Shown here piece by piece: positions 50,300 to 62,899 of a stretch of 64,000 nucleotides of DNA (position 1 is its first letter; every line of letters begins with the position of its first letter). A program made the translations under genes and the position numbers. The stretch spans positions 1,922,001-1,986,000 of the forward strand of contig JAYWIR010000019.1 of assembly GCA_036172245.1 (NCBI GenBank), read 5' to 3'. Under the pieces are notes generated by a model. The model did no database searches. It was not told the DNA's origin and saw only the letters and a program-made list of their open reading frames with translations. This DNA comes from Raillietiella orientalis. Taxonomy: Eukaryota.

Positions 50300-52400
50300 C
50301 AGTCACCTCCTGGGGTTGCCCCTGAGACAGGAACTTGAAGAACCTTCTGGTGGCATGGACAATGGACAATGGACGTGGATAGCGTTGCAAGAGCTTCTTG
50401 AGCCTCCTCCGTCGTCCCCTGAGTGGTAGATGGGAACCATTCTTCAGCACTTAGCGAACCTTCTCCCTTCTTCAAAAAAACCCGAAGGATCCGATGTGAG
50501 AGGTGTTGTGGGCTGCCGAAGGCAACCGAGCTGCTGCCTATCGGCTGGTCGGCTCCCCACAGATTCACTTCCAAAACGTGATAAGCGGGGGTGCAGTGCT
50601 TCAAGTGCTTCCGAGGAAGGTAGCGTCGCTGGTTGACCCTGGACAGTGTCTACGCCATCATCCGAGAGGCAGACCGATCCTGACCCGTTTTTTCCGCACC
50701 CCTCAAAAGGGGAATCCCCCCTCGAGGCCGCATTATCCGGAAAACGTGTCGGCCTATGCAGACGATCTTCTGCTGCTGCTTCTCGGGTCAACCCCTACTT
50801 CTGCTCTCAAGGAGTTCTTTGAGTTGCTCAGATGCGGGACAGGCCTCGAGGTAAACAGGGCGAAGTCGTCGATGATAACCATTGGCACAACGTGATCTGG
50901 AAGGTCGGACTGGATCCACTTGGGGATCCTCACGGGCGCGTACTTCAAGTACCTTGGCGTTCCGTTGCGGGACTTCTGAGCCTCAGAAACCTGGTCCGAC
51001 CGTCTCCAGAAGGTGAAGTTGGCGATCGGCCCGTCCCGGGTTGGCAGGTTTTACTTGCAGGAACGGGCTGCGGTGTGGAACGCTTTCGCGGCCCTCCTCC
51101 TTTGCCCCTTACTTTTTGTTTGCTCCCTCCCACCACAAATCAAACAGAGGACAAAGGGCCTGCTGAGAAAAGCCATGTGGGGCACACGGATGTCTCGCAT
51201 CCGTCTTAAAGACTCGCTCCACGCAGGGACGGTGGACTAGGACTCTTGACGTTGGAGCGCATAAAGCGCCAGCTCCAAATACGCAAACTCGCCTTTCCGC
51301 CGAGATACTGGACTGCGTCATGGTGCATCCCGACAAGTCTCGACAGTAGAGCGACCGGCTGCAACGGATTGACCACGATCCTTGTGGCAAACGAACTCAG
51401 TCTGAACCACTGTGGGTTTCAGCTGCGGGAATTGGTAGCCCTGGTGAAGGAGAACACCTGGATCTCCTGCGTCCCCGCGAACTGGACTACCTGGCTTCAG
51501 GAGTCAGTTTTCGTGTCGACTAAGATCAACGACTCCAGCGATGTGGACTTCTGCCTCCGATGTACGCTGGACAGTCGCTGCAGGAGATCGTCTCCAACAA
51601 AAGCTTTTGTGGGCTTCCTTTACCCCTTTTTCCCCCGTGCTGCCCTCCCTACGGAACGCCAGAGACAGCCAGGAGGAGGCATCGTGGGAAGTGTCCTCCC
51701 TCCTCGAAGGTAGGAAAAAACTTTTAAAGACGTGGACATCTCGGGAACTAGCGGACGCTGCAACCCCGAGTGTCCCGCCTAAAAGACTTGTGCGCTGGGG
51801 CGAGCTACTCGGCATACCTCCGGAGGAGGTGAAGTGACCCCAAGGACGCATTGGGACAACGGCACCCACCCTTTGGATTGGCAGGAGACAGCGCTGCTTG
51901 TGTTGCACCGGGTACTCCTTTGCAGAGCACGCCTCTTCCACTGGACATCAGGGAGTGTGGATGCCAATTGTGCAGGGTGAGGGGAAAGGGAAACCTTCCC
52001 TCATCTACTTATCGAGTGTGTCGCCCTCCGCCCCATGTGGGATCGACTATGGTCAATTCTGAACATTCCGGTTGGCGACTCCACGGACATTTTCCGTCGC
52101 CTCCTGATGCGGGACGCCCTGCCAGGAACCGTGTGTGTTGCAGTTCTCTGCTGCATACGCGGAATCCTGGACCAGTGGACTGCGCTGAGGAGAGACCACA
52201 GCAGCCGGAGTGCCATTCACTGGGCAGCTATATCCATGGAGAAGGCTTCCTGATGGTCCCGGCTAAGAAAAATTCGACCGATACTTGTGCGCATCCAAAC
52301 TCGGATGCAGAAGACCCCTCGCAGAGAACTGTGATCCCTTCTCTTCCTTCTCCTCCAGTTTAAACATTGCCCTCCCCTTCGTGTTTTTGTTTTTTTTGTT
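50300..52400 (+). mobile_element. 5'-truncated, decayed L1/Tx1-like LINE (RT and C-terminal region)
   Basis: VSAYADDLLL, GTGLEVNRAKS, FKYLGVPL, RAAVWNAF and CQLC....HLLIEC in order, with stops and frameshifts. Confidence 0.8.
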
Positions 52401-53500
52401 TTCTTTTTATGGTTTTCCCCTTCCTCTTCGTAAGCGAAAAGGACCTCACCGACCTGACGGCCGGTAAACACAAGTGTTAGAAGATAGGCAGAACCACGCG
52501 TTCTGCCTAAAAAAGATTCTGACTTTATTATGAAATTCTATCATGTTGGAATTTTAATAAAAGATGCCCCGGCAGATCCAGGTGAAAAACCCGGGAAACG
52601 GCTTTTGGCGCGAGCCAAGTCGATGTCCTCCACCTTTCCTGTAGTCTGCTGGTGACCTGGGGACCCGCCCACTAAGGGGAGGAGCTCCGTCGTCATGCTG
52701 TCCTCCTTCCTGAGCTCGCGCTCGAGGGTGGGATTCGGCATCTGCCAAACCCGCAGCATCTTTTCTCTCCGGCTTGGTCTCTCCTTTCTCTTTCACCTTC
52801 CGACAGATGGCACGGCTCCGCCTTCTCAGGGAGGAGGCCACTGTGAGGGTGGGCGGACCCCTATTCTTCTTACGCACCTATGCCGACACCCCGCCATCCG
52901 AAGCGCGCAGCGCAAGGCTACGGCCGCTCTCGTTCCAGCGCGCCTGACTCGGATTCCCTTGTCACCTGGACCACTTCCGGGGAGACGGCGAGGGGGGAAG
53001 GAACGTGGGAGGAGGGAAAGAGGGAAGGTGCACGAGGCTGCTGCGGTCCCGTCGCTTCGACTCCGAGGTCGTGATCACTCGGGAGCAGTAAAGGTCTGCC
53101 CCGGACCGGCAACGGATTCGACCACCCGCCCCAGTCGCTCGGCCCTCAAGCAGTCTGGCGTCCGTGATGGACTATAATGATCGGCCCTCTAGTTGCCAAC
53201 GTTGCGCAGGACTCCTCCTGAAGGGAAGAGGCGCACTCTTGCTAGCCGGGATGAGGCAGGCGTCTCGCCAGTGGTTCATGGATCGGCGTACACAGTCTCT
53301 GTATCAGGGGGATCGTTTCTTCCGCGAAACACCGGTAGCACTCGGTAGGCAGGCCGTCCTCCCCTGATGCATCTTGAGCTCTCCCATGGCAACAGTGACC
53401 TCACCCATCGTGAAAGCTCCGCCGAAGCTCTGCTGCAGCTCTTCTAGCGCTGGAGCGCTTCGGGCAGTGAACGCTGCGCGAAGATGCTCTCTGGTTTGTG

Positions 53501-53745
53501 CGTGGTTCTCCACAGGTGCCATGTTGGCTGTCCAGTCGTAGATTTGTAGATCCACGGGTGCCATATTGCCAACCCACTCGATTTATCGGTCGGATTTATT
53601 CATGGGTCACACGTGGTTGTTCACGAGTCACTTTGGCTTCCCAGTCGACTCATTGGTCCCGGGCACATACGTGATTGCTCACGGGTACCATCTTTGCTCT
53701 CCAGTCTATCCATCAGTCCATGGCTCACACGTGAGGTTGCCCGCC
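53501..53745 (-). repeat. Degenerate minisatellite (4-5 units; minus-strand peptide DWxA(K/N)MxPVxNH)
   Basis: Plus-strand units CGTG.TT..CAC.GGT.CCAT.TT.GC..CCAGTC at ~53501, 53551, 53612, 53670, with a partial unit at 53730. Confidence 0.7.
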
Positions 53746-55028
53746 AACGCAGGCAGGAACAACCACGTGCTTCTCGTGTGGGGCATCGGCGACGTCGGAT
53801 GAACTGGCGATCTACATGCTGCAATCTACGGCCCACCTGCGGTCATCCACTGTTCCGGGTCTTCGAGGCCGGCTAAGGCGCCAACCTGTTCCTGCACCTC
53901 CGCTTGAGGAAAGATGCCGTTATCATCGCATCTGTTTCCCTGCGCTCGCACCGCACGCGTCCTGCAACCGGGACTCTGCGAGAGGACGATCCGATCCGAA
54001 GAGAGGAGCGAGCGTGGCCCACGGGGCTGCCGTTTGCGCTTGCGCCGAGGACGCTGATAGCAGCCAGTTAATTGCGGCGCCGCAAAAAGGGCAGGTAGGG
54101 GCCCGGGCGGCGAGCGACAGCCGACGAAGAGCCCTGCTTCCGAAGGCGCCCTGTGATGGAGCCCAGATCAGACGCCGGCTCGCGGTGTGACGCGCCGCTG
54201 AGATGGGGGCAACGAGGAAGAAGGCGCCAGGAGGGTTTGGTTCTGCCACAGGGCTCGAGGGCCCGACGGGTCGGAAGAGGGTGACTCCCCGGGCCTACGA
54301 CAGCGGCGGATGAGAATCGACCTCGGCAGGGCAATCCGGCGGAAGAGGAAGGAGCCGCCGCCGGAGGTCACGCGTCGGAGGCGGCGCTGCAGTCGCGAGT
54401 GTAGAGGGGCGGCAGCAAGCAAGCAGCCCGGGCCGCTGACTCACTGCCTGCGTTGGCGCCCCAAGTGACCTCGCACTGCCGGCGTACTTGCTGCCTGGGA
54501 GGCATTCCCGTATCGATCGCAGCCTTCGAACCGAAGCGACCCTCCTTCCCGCAGAATGCAAGCCCTGCGACTCTGAACTTGGGGAAGACCCGCGTACGAG
54601 GACCGCCTCGGGGCGTACGTTCGGGAGGGTCGAGAGTGGAGGAGAGAGATCTCCAACCGTACCTCCTGAAGGACGTGTGTGCAGGGCCGGTGGACCGGGT
54701 GGTCACAGCCACGACCTTCGTGCGAAATCTACGCGACTGTGGACGCAGCGTCTCGCGTTGTCTGCGCTCTTTGGGGCTCTCAGGGAAGGTGGGATAGCGG
54801 AGCGGTTCTCAGACCCGAGCGCTCCTTCGGCCAGGGTACTCATCTCTAAGGGGCGCCGATCGCTTTCGGATGCCGCCGCTCTTGTGTGCAGCGTCTCTCG
54901 AGAAAGGGTCGCCTGCCGGGAAGGCGCCAGCCGGCTTTCCTCTCGCGCGAGGCGGCTGCTGCACAGGCGGGAAGCTGGGCGCGGCAGATGAGTCGCCGCG
55001 ACCGGCAGCCCAGCCGCGGTGCTGCTAT

Positions 55029-55710
55029 ATCTCGCCGAATAGAAGGGAAACTGCGCAGAACCGACGAGTGGCCACGGGAAGGGAGGTCGCTTCGTGCACC
55101 TCGGCCGCTGCGCCGTGCCCTGCGTGGAACTGGAGGGGCCGAAGCCCGGCGCCGACATGCAAAGGCGGACGACGACGTTGCGTGCTCTCCCCGCCAACCG
55201 GTCGACGCGTCTCCTCGTCCGCCGCCGCATGTCGGTGCACATGATCGGAAGCGTCCGGCTGGGAGCGCGTACTCCCGTGCCAGCGCGCGCCGTGCTCTGC
55301 TCTGCGGGACCGGTCTCCAGCAGCGCCAGCAGCGTGCAGAGAGACTGCTGTGCGAATGGGGCCAACTGCTGCGCTCGCCGGGTTCGTTTGTGAGGCGCCC
55401 GCCCCCCGCCTCCCTATCCTGGAATCGACGAATGGAGGAGCGCCGGGATGAGCGCCGAAGAAAACTGCGTTGGACTAAGAGGCACGGGCTCCAGTAGTCG
55501 CAGCTGCCTCCCTGTGCGGCTGGAGGGCGTGGCGCTGTCTGGAAAGGGCTGCCGGCGCGGGCGAAGAGCGAGCGCGGAGACGGAGACTCCGCCTCGGTGT
55601 TTCGTCTCCCGACCGGAAGCCTCGGAGTCGCCCGGTCGGGGAACCATCTCGCGGCCTCGCAGGTGGTTGTTGGCGAGGGGCGAAAGTCCCGGTGGGGAGC
55701 CGTCATATCC
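55029..55710 (-). repeat. 682-bp inverted repeat, arm B (pairs with 47187-47868)
   Basis: Reverse complement of arm A. Homology continues with mismatches beyond both ends. Confidence 0.93.
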
Positions 55711-56087
55711 CAGGATTTCGCTCTGAGTGTCCGCGTGCCTGCCATCCCGTGGATGCTGGACGTCAGCCGGTTTGCCCCCTTCCTGGTGGGACTTCGCTGG
55801 GCGGATGGGCGTTTGCGTGTGGTCGACTCGTCCGTGGTCTGGAATAGGCTTGCAGTGTCTGGGCAGCGCTGTCCGCCCTTCGCGTCTGCCAAGAGAGTTG
55901 GGCGGGTGGATGGACGTGCCCGTGCTTGTGGCCCGAGGTCACGATGGAAAAGTAGGTCCTGTTGTCGAAAACAAGGGGGGCTGGTTTATTTCAACGCATC
56001 ATGGGGAGCTGCTGCTGGGTGTTCTCGATTCGACATGGGGGAGAGCTGCGAGTGAGCCGTCGCGTGAGTCTTTCCGGTTAAAGCAGG

Positions 56088-56990
56088 TCATTTCTTTCTG
56101 TTGGAGTGTGAACCTCGCTTTGAGTCCTTCTTGTAGGATTTGTTCTTTGCCGCGTATGGTTTCTTGTGCGCTTCTCTATGCTTGAAGTCTGGAGTCTTCG
56201 ACTGCTTCCAGGCGGTCTCCTTGTGTGCTTTTTGCGTGCGCTGCTTCCACTTCGACGTGTACGCCGTGTCCTTTTGCTGCTGCTTTTTTGACTGCTTCTT
56301 GCTTTCGTGAGCCTGCGTCTTGGAGCCTCTCTTCTTCGGTTGGTTTTCTTGCTGTCTGGAAGGCGCCTCTTGCTCCGGCCTTGTTTCCCAAACGTCGGCT
56401 GGTTTGTCCTTTCTGGATTTTTCCGGGACCGGCGCGTACTTGTTTGTCTTCTTGTGAGCAGGCTGGGGCTTTTTTTTTGATTTTTCCTTTTTCTTCAGCG
56501 GCCTCTCTTCCTTTGTCTGCTCTGGGATGTTGAGTTCTTCTTCTGCGATCTCCGAACCGCTGCTCCTTTTTTGTCTCTTTGATTTCTTCAAAGTAGTCGG
56601 TTCTTCTTCGTCTGCCTGCTCTTCCGAGGCTACTGACTCTTCCCCCTTGGGTGACTTTCCTGAGGTGCGGCTTCGGTTCTGCTTGTCTGCAGAGGAGGCG
56701 ATGGTTGGGTTGCCGGTGCAGGTTGGCATCTGTTTGGCTCCTTTTGCGGCGCTGTCTCCAGGATTGGGGAGGGCCTGAGGAGCGGCGTCTTCCTCGCTTC
56801 CTTCTAGAGCGTTGACTGCGTGGCCGAGGGCGGAATCCTCGATGCAGATCGTCTGCTTCTCCTTGGAACACGTTTCGGAAACGCTGGAGGAGTCGGAGGC
56901 TGGTTTGCGGTCATCGGTGGGCTCCGGAACAGGCTGGGAACTTTTCTCGGAGATTTCGGAGTGGCCTTCCTCGTGCAAAAGCTCCGGCAC
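56088..56990 (-). other. 300-codon K/E/S/Q-rich low-complexity ORF (GTG start), probably part of a repeat-borne gene
   Basis: Uninterrupted ORF with purine-rich coding-like bias. Its C-terminal part loosely resembles the K/Q-rich ORF at 46799-47194 upstream of arm A. Confidence 0.4.
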
Positions 56991-59699
56991 GTGCGGCTGT
57001 GGTGGTGGTCCCTTCGCGGAAACACCGCCTAGGAAACCACAAGCGATGGCATCACGCCTAGGACGAACGCGTTACCTTCGTTTCTTGGAGAGTCCGGTGA
57101 CCCTGCTACGATCGCGCCGCTCTACGGAACAGAAAATACTGCATTAGCAATTGCCGTCAGTCCATATGCCATCAAATTCGTTCATCATCGAGATGAACTT
57201 CTGCCCGCTGGACCACTTGTTCGACGAAGGCTTGCTCGCTCACCGGCTTGCCTGAAACCGGAAGAGCAGCGTGTTCGATGAGGACAAAGGCGAGGAATGA
57301 GAGGAAAAAGACGGATCCCCAGGAAGAAAGTCGAAACAACAGCCAGCTTCGAGTTGGTTGTCGCGTTGAGCATCCCAAATGCCAAGCAACGATTCACTCC
57401 TAACAGAAGGTAAAAACCAGCCTTAAGGACGCATCAAAGATATTTGAATTTTTTCCTTATCCTCACAGAGCGCGTTTCTAGGAGGGACCCCGGAGGTCGA
57501 CTCCCAATCCCGGCCACTCATCAAGGGCATCCGATTTGAACCACTACTGGTGCCGCACCCGAATGAATATGGGACAGCCAGCGTCATCTCGCGGGAGAAA
57601 CTCGAACCCATGACGCACCTCCATCTCTCGGCGCCAATTCTTTCCGAATATTCGAACCCGCGACGCTTTGTGGTGGCGCCCCGCGCAGAGACCGCAACCA
57701 CGTGGCCTCCCACGAAGAGCGTTCCACATTGGTGAAGTTTCCGAGACTTCTTGTGCGAGAGCCATCTGCGGTAATTTGCGAGATCCGAAGGCATCCAGAA
57801 GGAAAAGAAGGATGCAAGGTAGCTTCTTTCCGATGGAAAGAAGTTGAAGAATCAGGAAGAACAACTGGCGGTGGGTCGGATGGGAGACATGATGGATGAA
57901 GAGACACAGCGCTCCCTACTCTTCATCGGGAAAGCAAACATGGTCCTCTGGAAAGAGGAGAAAGAGTTTTACCACCCAGAAGGCACAAGCACAACATGGA
58001 GGAATCCTCTGGTGAAAACCAAAATCAGCAGCTAGGAATTGGTGAAAGAACGGCAATTTCCCATTCGGTCCAGATCAGAAAGAAGCACCGATCATTTTTC
58101 GTTCAACGCCCCAGAAAGTGGACGCTTATTTGCTACGTGGTTTCTCGAGATCGAGGATGCTTGAGATCGAAAATGAACACCCTCCTCCTCCTCTACTGTA
58201 GCGTTCCTCGTCGCCTTTGGTTTCAATGGAAAAGCCGCGAGCTTCCGCACCTCCAGTGCACCCTCCAGCAAGAAGCGATCTTCCACTTTCTTTTGTTCAT
58301 CCGAGAGATGAGCTGCTGGAAAACACTCCAGGGAGACGTTGAGAGCCTCCGTGTCTGGGAGGGGTTAGCAAAGCATCTCGGACAATTTGGATCCGTCTGA
58401 CGTCTGATGTTTAGTCAGATGGTTGCGGCTAGCGTTCAGGAGTGGTGGACCCAAGTGGGATGGAAGTCTCGTTTGCTCCGTGGGCGTCTCAAGCAGGACA
58501 GGCCCACAGAGCTCTCGCCAATCTGCTCCGTGAAAGATGAAGGCCCGAGATAAAAAAACTGCTTTTCTCAAAACGGTTTCTTCTCGTGAGACTGGCGCTG
58601 CAACGGTCCTTCGAACTGCCTGCGGTGCGCAGTGGGCGGGTGTCCGGGAGCGCCTTCCTCCAGCAAAGCGCGCAGCCGCACGAAGGCGGTGCACCCCGCG
58701 ATGTTCTTCCTCCTCGGCTGGTGCATCCGCTTTGCGACCGCGGGTCCGCCGCTAACCTTTCCAGCTCCCGTCTCCTCCGGACATCCCCCAGGCACAAGGG
58801 ATCTGTTTCTGGTCAGGCCCTCCAGGGCCGTCCTACCCGGAAGAAGAGGATCCGAGGAAGCGCGTTTTTTCCTCTCTCTGAAGCACGGATGGCCGCTCTG
58901 AAAAACATCTCTCTCCTTCCAGGTGCTGATCGGTGTTCCTTCCGGAGCTGCTGGTTGAATTCGAAAGGCCTTGACGGCGACCGGTAAATTGCATCTCTTC
59001 CTCCTCGGCTTCCGTTTCTCCAGAGGTGCTTCTGCCCCACAATGCAGGAATTCCATAGAGAGATCGGCTTCCGTTTGCGGCGGACGTGCGTGGAACCAGC
59101 GCAGGTGAGCGGTCCCCGACGGAGACGGCTGTGCGATGGAGATCAGAAACCTTGACCCTCGCTCCGGCGGTGGGATGGGACCGCGCCACCAGAGACGGGC
59201 AGAGAAAGGGAGGCTGCACGAGGAAGCGTCCGGAGCAGACGAATCGCAGAAGGGAAGGCCCTTGCTGCAACAGGATGGAGAATCTCTCTCCGAAGAGCTC
59301 AGATCACTCGGGGTCAAAGGGCAAGCGACAAAGCAGCGGTCCTGGCTGGCAGCTTGTTTATTCGGAAGGCGGAGGGACCTCAGCACCGCACTACAACACG
59401 GGAGCAGAGGGAGGAGTGGGGGAAAAATGTCAGAGGCAATCGGGGAGATGATCCCATCAAACGGCAGCCTGGCCATCCATGGAGTTGCAAAGATGAAAAG
59501 ATGCCGCTGCCGCTGTGGATGCGGCTGGGGAGGCAAGGAACTGTCTCGCTTTCGGCTACATGGACGGACCGAGACGCGAAAACGGGACTCCGAGGTTGCC
59601 TCAGGGGCGATTGAAAGCACCCGGAAGCAGGAAAGGGAACGGAAATCTGGAGGATGACGGAAGCTTTCCATTCTCCTTCCGGTGAGCATCGAATGGCCG

Positions 59700-60255
59700 G
59701 AAAAAAAAAATGCCAGTGGCGGCAGGACGCAAGGGGACGAGAGTTGCGCTTCTCGCCGTAGGGGAGGACGAGGAGCGACCGGAAGGACAGACACCTTCAA
59801 AGTGAGCTGCAGGGCTGCCGATGGTCTAGGTCGTGAAGAGGGATCCTTGGAAATATCCAGGGGGAGGATTCCTGGAGGCTCGGAGGAATTTCCCGCTCCC
59901 AGGCTGAGACAGGGAATCGGGAAACTTCCCCCCCTCCCCTCCCCCTTTTTGCAAAGCTTTCTCCCCGTTGTCAGGGAGAAAAGCGAATCCCTCTCTACGA
60001 CCCCGACCACCGTCGATCCGGCAGTTCAAGAGAAAGACGTCTGTCCTTCCTCGCCTGCACCGCCATCCGCTCGGTGCACTCACTCATTCGGTCGCTTTTT
60101 CGGTCTTCTGTCCAAGGTCGAAGATCTGCCGAAGATGCAAGAGCTCCTGCTCGAGTTCGAGAGCGCTGTTTTTCTGGTTTTGACTTCTCGAGACAACGTC
60201 TCGAGGCAACGCAGCGCCAAGACCGCTGCGTTGGGTCTCATCGGTGACGTCTGAC
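59700..60255 (+). pseudogene. Possible LINE RT remnant
   Basis: LRQG...LPSPFL followed by LLSKVEDLPKMQELLLEFESA, resembling RT motifs B and post-C. No intact YADD. Confidence 0.35.
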
Positions 60256-62899
60256 TGCGGTGTGAATGTCCGCCTTCCTCGCCCAAGGCGTCCGTCGCGA
60301 GGGAGCATTCCGACCGCTTTTCTCGATTCTTCGTTTCCAGCCATGGGGGGGGGGAGGGGAGGCAACGGCATGTTTTACCACAGACGGGAAGGACAGAACC
60401 CGCATGCAAGGCGCAGCATTTTACCCCCCACCCCCCCCAATCCAGAGAGAGAGCCGACGCAGAGCACCGGTCCATCGGGAGGCGGAGGAGGATGCCCTGA
60501 GGGAGTAAAGTTCCCTTCTTGTTCCGCAGATTTCCCTATTTTCGCAGCCTCCTCCTCCTTCGAGCTGCCCTCGCCCGCTGGAGCCGCTTCTCAGCCTCCC
60601 CTCTTGAAAGGTACTGGGATGGCGACTCTCAATAACGCGAAGAAGAATTGCACGCTCTTCCACGCTCGGTCGCTTCTTTCGCCACTGGAGGGACGGGAGA
60701 ACGGGGTCGCAAGCGACCGTCCCGCTCAGGGTTCACGGGAACCATGCCGCTGTCGGGGGGGAGGCACGCCGAAGTCAGCTTTTCCGATCCAGTCATCCCA
60801 GCGTTGCTCCCTTCGAGTTCTTCGGAGGGTCGGAGTTTCACGGGGCTTCCCGCAGGCGAGGAGGATCGGCTCCCGGCTGAACGAGGGGTCACGCGCGACG
60901 GTCTCGCCGCCTTTCTTGCGCCGGGGCGGGGACTCGGAACTTACCTCATCTACGGCTGCGTGATGACCTTGCCCGTCCGGCGGGGGAGAGTCGAGGGCCG
61001 AAGAAGCGGAGAACGCGAACAAAGAGACGGACAGGTACAAAAGGAGGAGGGCCGTTCTTCTTCGTTCCATAATCCTCTGCGGCACTGCTGGAACTTTTGG
61101 AGGTGAAACTATTGAGCCGAAAGATGAAACCGATGCGAGTATTATACCAAGAAGCGATGCGCATTTACGTGGCGCCCATGTGTAGCCTCTCGATTGGTTA
61201 GTCATTCTTTTCGGACGATGACGTCACGCTCCTAAGATGGAACGAGGCGTTCCCATTGCTGAGAGATAAGGAATCGGGTTTGAGGGGGATCGGCGAGGTT
61301 CCCTGGACGACTTCGCGTGGGACTCGTGCAGCTGGACGGCGTTTCAAAATGGCTCCTCAGCGGGCACGCAACGCGAAAGCAATCCCCGGCTGCATCCCGA
61401 AGCGCACTGGTGAGCCTCCCCGCCTGCAGGCGCTAAATGAGGGCATCCGTTCGCGCCGTCGTGTGATCGATGCGCAGAGGGTCTCTCGGGGGAGAAAGAA
61501 AAGAAAGGGAGGAGAAGAAGAAGCAGGAAGCAAAAAACAGTGGAGTTTCGCAAACAGTGGATCCCATTCTACTGCTGCTAGGGGTTTCATACAATGAGGC
61601 ACCATGGGAGATGAACCTCCCTGAAGAGCGCGTGGAACGGGACAGCCATTCTTACAGGCACCGTGCAGGGATTCTTCCACGCAAAATCATCATCCAGGGT
61701 GCAGCGAGGGAACACAACTTTATGCCAGCTGCGGGTCTGCGGGGGAGTATCGAGAGCATTGCTATCAGAAGCAGGAAAAAAAACATCATCGCATCAGCAA
61801 AAGACATACCCCCCCCTCCCCCCAAAAAAAGGAAAGGCAGTGGGTGCCCCAAATCGCAAGCGCAGGGACGGCTTCTTCATTTGGGCGCCCTGGTTTCCTA
61901 CCGGTTCACTTTCTGGAAAGCGAAGATTCTCCAGGAGTCCGCCCGTGCGGTTGCAGGAATCCCCTGTCCGCGGGGGTTTGGGAAATGCTTTCTAGCCTCT
62001 GTCGACCTGGAGATCTTCAGGAGAGGGATGGTCTTTTTCTGGTTCGTGCAGTGGTGGATCAGAGCTCTGCTCAAGCACTTCCTCCTTGTCCTGTTCCTCC
62101 CTCTCCCGTTTCCTCCTGTTTCTTCGAGGAGGTGGTGACAGACTTTGCATTCCACTCTCACTTTCTTCTTCTTCTTCTTCCACAACTCCATCCCTTCCTC
62201 ATGATCGGGCGACCCAGCAGGACGCGCACTACCTCTACTTCCATACGTCCGCTTGCAGGATGGAGTGGCGAAGAATCGTCCACTCTTTGTTCCTCTGTCT
62301 CAGACGGAAGGGAAGCGCATTCGCACCAGCGGTGCGCTGCTTATCTCAAGTTGACCCACTGCCATCGCTGGCACCCGGTTCCTCAAGTCAGCAGTAGGCG
62401 GTGGGTGACACCTGGGGACGGCTCAGTGTCTCGCGCCGATGTCCCATCTTGAGAATGTGGCACTACGCGCACGTGGTTCTATGGAACGAAATCCCGTTGC
62501 TGTGGATGCTGCTGCTGGCACCGCGGATCGTGTGGCGGCGAAAGAGGTCGTGAGGAATTGCTTTGCTGCAAACTGCGCGTCCCGCGGGTTCAGTCGCATT
62601 GGGCCGTCGTGGTGGCCGAACAGCGTCAGTGCGTGCGTCAGTGCTTGCGTGCGTGAGTGCGGACTTTGGTGCAGCAGAATCCCGAACGATCAACATCCGG
62701 AAAGATCTTAAAAATAAATGCATAGGTTCATTTCATACGTTAATACATATATATCTATAGACACACACACACACAGAGAGAGAGAGACTAATATACAGAT
62801 TACTATATATCACAAAAATCATAAAAAAATACAGATGCTTATTATGTACACTGATATGTACATTTGTCCAAAAATATAGGTTAACGTAGAGATCTTGAG

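Noticed and set aside
53501..53745. CRISPR-like array
   Set aside because: Units are highly degenerate with irregular spacing, there are no cas genes, and the context is eukaryotic.
58568..60010. 480-aa minus-strand ORF
   Set aside because: S/P/R-rich shadow frame of GC-rich DNA. The only weak motifs are on the opposite strand.
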